From the NCBI GenBank assembly GCA_963716945.1, contig OY970322.1:240001-272000 (forward strand): a stretch of 32,000 bases of DNA. Direction: 5' to 3'. Both the position numbers and the translations under genes were made by a program. Every line of letters begins with the position of its first letter. Position 1 is the stretch's first letter. The notes under the pieces are model-generated. The model was not told the origin of the DNA. It made no database searches and saw nothing but the letters and a program-made list of their open reading frames with translations. Origin of the DNA: Candidatus Saccharimonadota bacterium (lineage in GTDB: Bacteria; Patescibacteriota; Saccharimonadia; Saccharimonadales; UBA4665). Positions 22,045 through 29,819 of the stretch are shown here, one piece after another.

Positions 22045-24186
22045 ATGCAACCAAACAACAAACCTAACCGGCCCCCGAAAAATAATTCGGGGCCCAAGCA
22101 ACAAGGCCCCCCGCGCCGCGGCTCCGGCCGCCAGGCGGGCCAAGGCGGCAAGGCGCCCAGGAAATCCCAAGGGCAGGCCATAACTACCAGCCTGACGACT
22201 TCGCGCGGCCAGGCCGTGCGCGCCCAGCGGCGTTCGCAAGCCGACGCCCAGCGCATCGCCAACCAGTACGTGGCGGCCGCCGACAGCGGCGACAAGCCGG
22301 CCCGCGCCAATCTCATTGACGACCGGCCGCGGTTGAAGATCATCGGTCTCGGCGGCATGGACGGCGGCGGCTCCAAGAACATGATCCTCGTCGAATATAT
22401 GAACGACGCGGTCATCCTGGACTGCGGCAACGACCTCGGCGTCGACTTGCCGGGTATCAACTACGGCATTGCCGACACGGCTTACCTGGAACAGATCAAG
22501 CCCAAGCTGCGGGCTTACATCATAACCCACGGCCACCTTGACCACATCGGCGGCTTGCCGCACATCGTGCCGAAATTCCCGGCACCGATTTACGGCAGCA
22601 AATTCACCATCGGCCGGGTCGAGGAAATCTTCGAAAACTTCGGTTTGCCGATGCCCGACGGCTTCGAACTCAAGACCGTGACGATGAACGAAAACACCCA
22701 CGAACGCCTCAAGATCGGCGAATTCTTCGTCGAGCTGGTCCGGGTGACGCACTCCATACCCGGCAGTACGGTCATCGTGCTCGATACGCCGGTCGGACGG
22801 ATCATTAACACCGGTGATTTCCGGTTTGATCCGAATCCGCTGGACCATGAGCGCAGCGACATCGAGCGGCTGACCGAACTCGGCAACGAGGGTGTCCTGG
22901 CGCTGCTCAGCGAGAGCACCACGACCGAACGGCCCGGCCGCACGCCGAGCGAATCGACGATCGAGCAGAGCTTCAAGGACATTATGGATAACGCCCCCGG
23001 CCGGATCTTCGTCGGCCTGTTCTCGACTAACATGAACCGTGTCCAGATGATCATCAACGCCGCCGTCCACCACAACAAAAAAGTCGCCATGGACGGCCGC
23101 AGCATGGTCAGCACGCTGGAAATGGCCGTCCGCCACGGTTTCGTCCGGATTCCCAAAGGTACTTTCGTGCCGATTGCTTCGGCCGCTACCATGAAAGACC
23201 AGGACCTGGTCGTCGTTTGTACCGGCTCCCAGGGCGAGCCCAGCTCGGCCCTGCAGCGGATGAGCAACGGCGAGCACCGCCACGTCAAGCTCAAGGAGCA
23301 GGACACGGTCATCCTGTCCAGCACGCCGATTCCGTATTCCGGCAATGACGCCAAAATCCGCACTATGGTCGACGAACTGCTCAAGAAGGGCGTCCACGTT
23401 TTCCGCCACGAAACCCGCGAAGTCGACGGTATCGGCCCGCTGCACGTTTCCGGCCACGCTTCGCGCGAGGAGTACGCCGATATGATTAACTTGACCAAAC
23501 CAAAGTTCTTCATCCCGATCTACGGCGACTTCACGGCCAAACGCTACCATGTCGACATTGCCGTCGAACAGGGCATCCCGCGGGCCAACACCCTCAATGT
23601 CGGCAACGGCCAGGTCATCTCGCTGACCCCTGACAAGATGGAAGTCGTCGGCGAAGTGCCGTTCGGCACCATCCTGGTCGACCAGACCGGCGCCCTGGTC
23701 AGCAATGTCGTCGTCAAGGACCGCGTCCTGCTGAGCGAAGAAGGCCTGGTGGCCGTCGTGCTGACCATCGACAAGAAATCCGGCAGCTTGCTAACCAGCC
23801 CCGATATCATTAGCCGCGGCTTCATATATATGCGTGACAACGAGGAGATCATGAACGGCCTGCGCGTCGAGCTCAAGCGGGCCGTCCAGCAGCGCTTCAA
23901 GCGCGTCGACCTCGACCGCTTCAAGGTCGAGCTCAAAGAACACATTACGCATTACCTGTTCGAGCACACCCAGCGCAGCCCGATCGTCATCCCGGTCGTC
24001 AACATCGTCACGGGCGGGGGCGGAGCAGGCAAGCAGCCGCAAAACCAGGCTGCCAACGCCGCTAAGGGCGGCCCGAACCAGCCCCAGCCAAAAGAGAAAA
24101 CCCCTGAAGAGATAGCTGCCGAACAGCAGAAACGCTTCCAGGAAATGCGCGCCCGCCTCCTGACCCAAGACCCGCGCGTCGACTAG
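22045..24186 (+). CDS. rnj: ribonuclease J with basic low-complexity N-terminal extension
   Basis: The metallo-beta-lactamase motif ITHGHLDHIGGLP is present, with beta-CASP and C-terminal domains. The conserved core begins near LKIIGLGG, after an extension of about 95 aa. The SD AAAGGA precedes the ATG. Confidence 0.95.
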   Translation: MQPNNKPNRPPKNNSGPKQQGPPRRGSGRQAGQGGKAPRKSQGQAITTSLTTSRGQAVRAQRRSQADAQRIANQYVAAADSGDKPARANLIDDRPRLKIIGLGGMDGGGSKNMILVEYMNDAVILDCGNDLGVDLPGINYGIADTAYLEQIKPKLRAYIITHGHLDHIGGLPHIVPKFPAPIYGSKFTIGRVEEIFENFGLPMPDGFELKTVTMNENTHERLKIGEFFVELVRVTHSIPGSTVIVLDTPVGRIINTGDFRFDPNPLDHERSDIERLTELGNEGVLALLSESTTTERPGRTPSESTIEQSFKDIMDNAPGRIFVGLFSTNMNRVQMIINAAVHHNKKVAMDGRSMVSTLEMAVRHGFVRIPKGTFVPIASAATMKDQDLVVVCTGSQGEPSSALQRMSNGEHRHVKLKEQDTVILSSTPIPYSGNDAKIRTMVDELLKKGVHVFRHETREVDGIGPLHVSGHASREEYADMINLTKPKFFIPIYGDFTAKRYHVDIAVEQGIPRANTLNVGNGQVISLTPDKMEVVGEVPFGTILVDQTGALVSNVVVKDRVLLSEEGLVAVVLTIDKKSGSLLTSPDIISRGFIYMRDNEEIMNGLRVELKRAVQQRFKRVDLDRFKVELKEHITHYLFEHTQRSPIVIPVVNIVTGGGGAGKQPQNQAANAAKGGPNQPQPKEKTPEEIAAEQQKRFQEMRARLLTQDPRVD

Positions 24187-24210
24187 AGGTCCGGCCCAAG
24201 CAACCGCAAA

Positions 24211-24239
24211 TTGACAAAGGTTGTAATTTTTGCTATAAT
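24211..24239 (+). promoter_or_regulatory. perfect consensus promoter TTGACA-17-TATAAT upstream of ftsK
   Basis: TTGACA is at 24211-24216 and TATAAT at 24234-24239. A second TATAAT at 24274-24279 lies 13 nt before the ATG at 24293. Confidence 0.65.
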
Positions 24240-24292
24240 AACCGTATGACTGTATTACCGATGGTTTAAACGGTATAATAAATACAAGCGTT

Positions 24293-26515
24293 ATGGCTAA
24301 AAAGAAAAAACGAACAGCTAAGAAAAAGACCAAAGCCGCGGCTCCGCTCGAGCGGTCGCCGTTCTGGGCGTATGCCGGTGCCATCGTCCTGATGCTGGCG
24401 GCTATCTTCCTCTTCATCGGCGGTTTCGGCACCGGCGGTCCGTTGCCGGTCGACCTGTTCAACGCGGCTTACTGGACGCTGGGCTGGGCGGCCTACCTGA
24501 CGCCGGTGGCTCTTATATACTGGGGCGTTTATAAGTTTATGACCGAGGACCGCCGGATTCCGCTGAGCAAGCTGGTCGGCATGCTGTGCGTCCTGGTTTT
24601 CGCGAGCGCCTGGGCCCACGTGGCTTTCGTATCAAAAGACCGGGCTGGTAATTGGACCGGCGGCCACGGCGGCATGGTCGGCAAGGGCCTCGGCGGCGCC
24701 GTGCTGAGCATCTTGGACAAAATACCGGCTTCGCTGCTGTTCTTCGTTTTCACGGTGTTGGCGGTGTTCTTTGCGTTCGGCATTTCGCCAAAAGTCCTGC
24801 TCAAGCTCGCCGATTTATTCAACCGGCCGGAGCGCGAGGCTGACGATAACGACCTGGCGGCCCTGAAGGCCAGGGCGGCCGAGCAGCCCGGCTTCCAGCT
24901 TAACGAGGGCGTGCCGGTCGTCCACCACAGCCCCGGCGAGCCGGCCCGGCTGTCGACGCTCAAGAACACGGCCCAGAAACTGGCCGGCAACGAAAGCCAC
25001 GAGGCCTTGACGACGGCCAGCGACCCGAACTGGCAATTCCCGAGCATTGATTTGCTCAACCAGAAACAGGACAAGGCCGATGCCGGCGACGTCAACAACA
25101 ACGCCCAGATTATCCATGACACCTTCGAGAACTTCAATATCGAAGTCGAGATGGAAGGCGCCAATATCGGGCCGCGCGTAACCCAGTACACGCTGAAGCC
25201 GCCGACAGGGGTGAAACTGACCAAGATCACGGCCCTGGAGAACAACCTGGCGCTCGACCTGGCCGCCCACTCCATCCGCATGGAAGCCCCGATTCCCGGC
25301 AAGCGGGCCGTCGGCATCGAGGTGCCGAACGTCAAGTCGGCGACCGTCCGGGTCAGTTCGATCCTGCTGTCGCGCGAGTGGCAGGAGCAGAAAAGCGCGC
25401 TGGAATTCGCCATCGGCAAAGATATTTCCGGTACGCCGATCGTCGCCGACCTGGACCAAAATGCCGCACATCCTGGTCGCCGGCCAGACCGGTTCCGGCA
25501 AGTCGGTCATGATTAATACGATCCTGACCAGCTTGCTGTACCGCAATTCGCCAGCCGACCTCAAACTGATCCTGGTTGACCCGAAGCAGGTCGAACTGAA
25601 GCCTTATGATGAAATTCCGCACCTGCTGACCCCGGTCATCACCGAGCCCGAGAAATGTATCAGCGCCCTCAAGTGGGCGGTCGCCGAAATGGAACGCCGC
25701 TACCGCGCCCTGGCCGAGGTCAACAAGCGCAACATCGCCGACTATAACAGCCTCAAAAAAGAAGAGGGCATGCCTTATATAGTTATCGTCATCGACGAGC
25801 TGGCCGACCTGATGATGATGGCCGCCCGTGACGTCGAGGCTTTGATTGTCCGCATCGCCCAAAAGGCGCGGGCCGTCGGCATCCACTTGGTGCTGGCCAC
25901 CCAGCGGCCCTCCGTCGATGTTATCACCGGTCTGATTAAGGCTAACGTGCCGGCCCGGATCGCCTTTACAGACGACGTCGCAGGTCGACAGCCGGACGAT
26001 TATCGACCAGGTCGGCGCCGAGAAACTGCTGGGGCAGGGCGACATGCTGCTGACCACCGCTGACGTGCCTAAGCCGCGAGCGTATCCAAGGCGCGCTGAT
26101 CGGTGACGACGAGACCAGCAAGGTAACCGATTTTATCCGGATGCAGCGGCCGCCGCAATACGACGACGAAGTCGTTTCGCAACCCGTCCAGCTTAACGGC
26201 AAGGGCGGCATAGTCGCTGACTACGGCGGCCAGGACGCCGACGACGACATGTGGCGCGACGCCGTGAAGGTTGTCATTGACAACCGCAAAGCCAGCACCA
26301 GCCTGTTGCAGCGGCGTTTGCGCATCGGTTACGGCCGGGCCGCCCGCCTGATCGAAACCATGGAAGAGCAGGGTATCGTCGGGGCTGCCGACGGCTCGCG
26401 GCCGCGCGAGGTCCTGGTTAATTCGGTTGACGATGTCTTCGGCGGCCGCGGGGCCGCGCGAAGCCGACGCCGCACTCGACGAAAACTTCCCCGACGACTA
26501 AGGCCGCCCCTTTAA
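24293..26515 (+). pseudogene. ftsK: DNA translocase FtsK/SpoIIIE interrupted by three +1 frameshifts (pseudogene, split gene or assembly error)
   Basis: Track ORFs 24293-25516, 25461-26063 and 26141-26515, plus an unlisted piece at 25969-26106, together spell a complete FtsK. The order is TM segments, then [13 protein letters not shown] | [16 protein letters not shown] (Walker A), [10 protein letters not shown] (Walker B), [25 protein letters not shown] | [31 protein letters not shown] | [11 protein letters not shown], and finally the gamma domain LLQRRLRIGYGRAARLIETMEEQGIV. The frame changes at about 25454-25458, 25968 and 26077-26080. Confidence 0.85.
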
Positions 26516-26555
26516 CAGATTGACATGACCAATTATTTATGCGAACGTTGACATT

Positions 26556-27107
26556 ATGCCAGACCCTGAAAGCACCTCAAACCGCGAAGCCACCCAGCAG
26601 GAAATAGACTATTTGGCCGGCTTGCTGCAGAAGCGGTTTTCATTCCCCCCTAAATATGACGCCGACACGCCGTCAGTCTATATTCATCCGGTATCCAATA
26701 ACCTGACACCGGAACAAATAGACTCGGGCGAGCACGCGCCTACCATAGGCAAATTGGATGACGGCGGCCCCGAACACTTAGTGGCGCCTTCGGGCGACCC
26801 GATGGTACTGCGGGCCGTGCGAGGTGTCGTCTTGCCGGAGAGGGGCTCCCTCAGTGACACGAAACTGCTCCGCTACACCATTTTGTATCCGGGCAGCGAC
26901 ACCTCCGCCCACCTTATAGGGGCCGACGGTACGATAGTGCCGCCGCGGAGCGACAGGCGTTTCCTGGTTGATATTTATGACGATGGGCGGCCCTCGGAGG
27001 CGTGGTCCGGCCTCTCCAGCCATGACCACAAGCGTGCTACGTCACAGGATATAGCGGACCTTTACGGCGATATTGAGCTAGCCAGAGAAGTTCCACAGGC
27101 CGCTTGA
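26556..27107 (+). CDS. hypothetical protein, 183 aa, no recognisable family
   Basis: ORF with neighbour-like codon usage. It has no SD and no TM segment. No motif was recognised. Confidence 0.6.
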   Translation: MPDPESTSNREATQQEIDYLAGLLQKRFSFPPKYDADTPSVYIHPVSNNLTPEQIDSGEHAPTIGKLDDGGPEHLVAPSGDPMVLRAVRGVVLPERGSLSDTKLLRYTILYPGSDTSAHLIGADGTIVPPRSDRRFLVDIYDDGRPSEAWSGLSSHDHKRATSQDIADLYGDIELAREVPQAA

Positions 27108-27110
27108 TTA

Positions 27111-27139
27111 TTGACCGACAGGGGTAACTAAGCTATACT
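27111..27139 (+). promoter_or_regulatory. promoter TTGACC-17-TATACT for the rpsF operon
   Basis: The hexamers are at 27111-27116 and 27134-27139. The predicted leader is about 83 nt. Confidence 0.55.
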
Positions 27140-27157
27140 AGCCGTTACTATCAACTT

Positions 27158-27187
27158 CAGCTCGCGGCCGCTAGTGCGCGCGGGCTG
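27158..27187 (+). promoter_or_regulatory. GC-rich hairpin in the rpsF 5' leader (candidate S6:S18 autoregulatory structure)
   Basis: CAGCTCGCG (27158-27166) pairs with CGCGGGCTG (27179-27187), giving 9 bp including one G-U, with a 12-nt loop. It ends 24 nt upstream of the SD GGAAGGAG. Confidence 0.4.
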
Positions 27188-27228
27188 TCTCCGTCAAGCG
27201 GCGGAGTAACCGAAGGAAGGAGCAAGGT

Positions 27229-27624
27229 TTGAATCAGTACGAAATCGCCGTGCTTTACCACCCCGATCTGGAAGTCGACCTGACCAAGGCCGAGGACCGG
27301 GTTAAAAAAATTATCGCCGACAACGGCGGTAAAGTGGTGAGTGCCGACAACTGGGGCAAGCGCAAGCTGGCCTACAAGATCAAGGGCAATGAACATGCCG
27401 TGTACGTTTTTTACACCGTGGAGCTGCCCGGCGAAGGCGTCCAAAAGACCGAGGCTACGCTGAACATCACCGACGAGGTAATCCGTTTCCTGATTACCCG
27501 GCCGGACCTCAAAGCCCTGGCTAAGGCCGAGGCCGCCAAAGCCGAAAAAGCCGAGCAGGCCGCCAAGCGCGGCGACCGCGGCGGCGACAGCCAAGACGAC
27601 GACAAAGAAAAAGACGAAGACTAA
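27229..27624 (+). CDS. rpsF: 30S ribosomal protein S6 with acidic C-terminal tail
   Basis: The start is TTG, preceded by a strong SD. YEIAVLYHPDL...WGKRKLAYKIKG..AVYVFY is classic S6. Confidence 0.95.
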   Translation: MNQYEIAVLYHPDLEVDLTKAEDRVKKIIADNGGKVVSADNWGKRKLAYKIKGNEHAVYVFYTVELPGEGVQKTEATLNITDEVIRFLITRPDLKALAKAEAAKAEKAEQAAKRGDRGGDSQDDDKEKDED

Positions 27625-27651
27625 CCCGGCTGGCTGAGCCCGAGTTCGCAC

Positions 27652-27669
27652 ATTAAACAATTGTTAAAT
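27652..27669. promoter_or_regulatory. AT-rich 18-bp near-perfect palindrome ATTAAACAATTGTTAAAT (core AACAATTGTT perfect)
   Basis: 16 of 18 positions are symmetric. It lies 28 nt after the rpsF stop and upstream of the candidate ssb promoter. Confidence 0.35.
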
Positions 27670-27694
27670 CCAGTGATTTTGGACGCCCCTAAAC

Positions 27695-27723
27695 TTGACG
27701 CCCGATTTCGGCGGCGCTAGTGT
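27695..27723 (+). promoter_or_regulatory. candidate ssb promoter TTGACG-17-TAGTGT
   Basis: The hexamers are at 27695-27700 and 27718-27723. Confidence 0.3.
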
Positions 27724-27740
27724 AGGTGTACAACTAAGCG

Positions 27741-27752
27741 AGACATATGTCT
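27741..27752. promoter_or_regulatory. perfect 12-bp palindrome AGACATATGTCT immediately upstream of the ssb SD (operator candidate)
   Basis: The sequence is self-complementary. It ends 3 nt before AAGGAGG (27756-27762) and 17 nt before the ATG at 27770. Confidence 0.4.
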
Positions 27753-27769
27753 TATAAGGAGGAACCACT

Positions 27770-28270
27770 ATGGCACGAAGCCTAAACCAAGTAACACTAA
27801 TGGGCAACCTGACCCGCGACCCGGAACTGCGCCAGACGCCGACCGGACAGAACGTAACCAGCTTCAGCCTGGCCCTCAACCGCGCTTACAAGGATGCTAG
27901 CGGCGAGTGGCAGGAAGTTACCGATTACATCGACATCGTCTGCTGGGGTCCGCTGGCCGAGAGGGTAGCCCAATACCTGAGCAAAGGCCGGCGCTGCCTG
28001 GTCCAGGGCCGCCTGCAATCCCGTTCCTGGGAACAGGACGGCCAGAAACGCAGCAAAGTCGAAGTCCTGGCCAACGACGTGACCTTCCTGGACAGCCGCG
28101 GCGGCGGCGACAGCGACGGCGGCGGCGCACCGGTCCCGTCCTCCGGCGAACCTTCGGGCGGCAGCCAGGCCGATGACAAGCCCAAACCGTCCAAAAAGCC
28201 CAAAAAAGACGATGTCGTCATCGAGGACATCGGCGACGAGCCGATCAACCTGGACGACATCCCGTTCTAA
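27770..28270 (+). CDS. ssb: single-stranded DNA-binding protein
   Basis: An OB fold (NQVTLMGNLTRDPELRQTPTG) is followed by a Gly-rich linker and the canonical acidic tip DDIPF. Confidence 0.95.
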   Translation: MARSLNQVTLMGNLTRDPELRQTPTGQNVTSFSLALNRAYKDASGEWQEVTDYIDIVCWGPLAERVAQYLSKGRRCLVQGRLQSRSWEQDGQKRSKVEVLANDVTFLDSRGGGDSDGGGAPVPSSGEPSGGSQADDKPKPSKKPKKDDVVIEDIGDEPINLDDIPF

Positions 28271-28286
28271 GTAAATAAGGAGCAAT

Positions 28287-28490
28287 ATGGCAAAGATTTT
28301 TAAGCACCGTACCGACGTAGCCTATTTCGACTACAAGGACTTCAAAACCCTGCAGCGTTATGTCAACGTCTACGGCCAGATAGAAACCCGCAAGAAGACC
28401 GGTTTGACCGAGAGCCAGCAACGCCGTTTGAGCACCGCTATCAAGCGGGCCCGGCACATCGCTTTGCTGCCGTTCGTCGCCACCAACTAA
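28287..28490 (+). CDS. rpsR: 30S ribosomal protein S18
   Basis: YFDYKDFKTLQRYVNVYGQIETRKKTGLTESQQRRLSTAIKRARHIALLPF is classic S18. The SD AAGGAG precedes the start. Confidence 0.95.
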   Translation: MAKIFKHRTDVAYFDYKDFKTLQRYVNVYGQIETRKKTGLTESQQRRLSTAIKRARHIALLPFVATN

Positions 28491-28505
28491 GCGGGGGTTT
28501 AGCTT

Positions 28506-29072
28506 ATGGCATTGAGCATTACCGATCTTAAGAAGGGCACGCTCTTCCAGTGGGAGGGCGAACCTTTCAAAGTGGTTGATTACAGCCAAAAAGTCATGGG
28601 CCGCGGCGGCTCGATCGTCAACGTGCGGATCAAGAGCCTGCTGGACGGCAAGGTGCTGGAGAAGACTTTCAAAGGCAATGAACAACTGGACGGCGCCGAC
28701 GTAACGACGCAGTCCGTGCAGTATTTGTACAATGACGGTTCGACTTTTTTCTTCATGAATGAAGAGAGCTTCGAGCAGTTCGAAGTGCCGGCCGACCTGG
28801 TGGGCGACGGCGCGGGCTACATTAAGGAAGGCGACCGCGTCCAGCTGCAGTTTTTCGGTAGCCGGCCTATCAACGTCGAGCTGCCCAAAAACGTGCCTCT
28901 CAAAGTCACCTACACCGAAGACGCCGTCAAAGGCGATACCAGCTCGTCAATCACCAAAAACGCTACCTTGGAGACCGGCATCACGATCAAAGTCCCGGCT
29001 TTCATCAAGCAAGGCGACGTTATTTCGGTCGACACCGCCACCGGCGCTTACCGCGAACGCGTCAAGGACTAG
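28506..29072 (+). CDS. efp: elongation factor P (Arg at the modified-loop tip)
   Basis: The three-domain EF-P pattern is present. The loop reads KVMGRGGSIVNVRIK, where E. coli has KPGKGQAFARVKLR. Confidence 0.95.
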   Translation: MALSITDLKKGTLFQWEGEPFKVVDYSQKVMGRGGSIVNVRIKSLLDGKVLEKTFKGNEQLDGADVTTQSVQYLYNDGSTFFFMNEESFEQFEVPADLVGDGAGYIKEGDRVQLQFFGSRPINVELPKNVPLKVTYTEDAVKGDTSSSITKNATLETGITIKVPAFIKQGDVISVDTATGAYRERVKD

Positions 29073-29074
29073 CC

Positions 29075-29797
29075 GTGGCAGCAAAAACCCGTCTGGACCG
29101 GGCCCTGGTAGCAAAGGGCCTGGTCAGCACGCGCAGCCAGGCGGAGAGTTACATCAAGCTCGGACAAGTGAACGTTGACGGCAATACTGTCACCAAGCCG
29201 GGGTTACTGGTTGCCGGGACGGCCCGTATCGACTTGACCGCCGAGGAGCAGTATGTCAGCCGGGCGGCCTTGAAACTGGCTTCGATAGCGGCGGCCTTGG
29301 GACTGGATTTCCGGGATAAGACGGTGCTTGACGTCGGCAGCAGCACCGGCGGTTTCACCGATTATGCCCTCCGGCACGGCGCCCGCAAGGTCATCGCCGT
29401 CGAAGTCGGCACGGGCCAACTTCACCCCAGCTTGCAAGGTAACCCGAGGATCGAGCTACACGAAAAAACCGATATCCGCGACTTCAAAACCGATGCTACG
29501 ATTGATCTGGTGCTGGCCGACGTGTCGTTTATCAGTCTCAGGCAGGTTTTGCCGCCGGTGGCCAGGCTTTGCTCCCGGCAAACCGAAATTGCCGTGATGG
29601 TCAAACCGCAGTTCGAGGCCGGGCACGGCAACCTCAAGCACAAAGGCGTTATCAAGAACGACCGGCTAAGACGCGATATTCTCAAGGATTTTGAAGCTTG
29701 GGCTCAGGGACATTTCGTAATCGGGGCCAAGGCCGATTCGGCCGTCCAGGGGGCCAAGGGCAACCGCGAGCGTTTTTACCTCTTACGCAAAGCATAA
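29075..29797 (+). CDS. tlyA: TlyA-family rRNA 2'-O-methyltransferase
   Basis: GTG start. An S4 domain (RLDRALVAKGLVSTRSQAESYIKLGQVNVDG) is followed by the FtsJ SAM motif VLDVGSSTGGFTDYAL and DVSFISL. Confidence 0.9.
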   Translation: MAAKTRLDRALVAKGLVSTRSQAESYIKLGQVNVDGNTVTKPGLLVAGTARIDLTAEEQYVSRAALKLASIAAALGLDFRDKTVLDVGSSTGGFTDYALRHGARKVIAVEVGTGQLHPSLQGNPRIELHEKTDIRDFKTDATIDLVLADVSFISLRQVLPPVARLCSRQTEIAVMVKPQFEAGHGNLKHKGVIKNDRLRRDILKDFEAWAQGHFVIGAKADSAVQGAKGNRERFYLLRKA

Positions 29798-29803
29798 GCA
29801 GGG

Positions 29804-29812
29804 TGCTACACT
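29804..29812 (+). promoter_or_regulatory. extended -10 TGcTACACT 7 nt upstream of the ATG at 29820 (leaderless geometry)
   Basis: The sequence reads TGCTACACT-tacggat-ATG. There is no SD. Confidence 0.5.
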
Positions 29813-29819
29813 TACGGAT

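Noticed and set aside
24293-26515. Programmed ribosomal frameshifting as the explanation for the ftsK frame changes
   Set aside because: Three (possibly four) separate sites would be needed. None shows a recognisable slippery heptamer or a +1 shift-prone rare-codon or stop context. FtsK is not known to be recoded. Indel error or decay is more parsimonious.
26516-26555. Two TTGACA hexamers (26520-26525 and 26548-26553) upstream of the 183-aa hypothetical ORF as promoters
   Set aside because: Neither has a TAnnnT -10 at 16-18 nt spacing. The second sits only 2 nt from the ATG. The ORF is probably co-transcribed with ftsK or uses a signal I cannot see.
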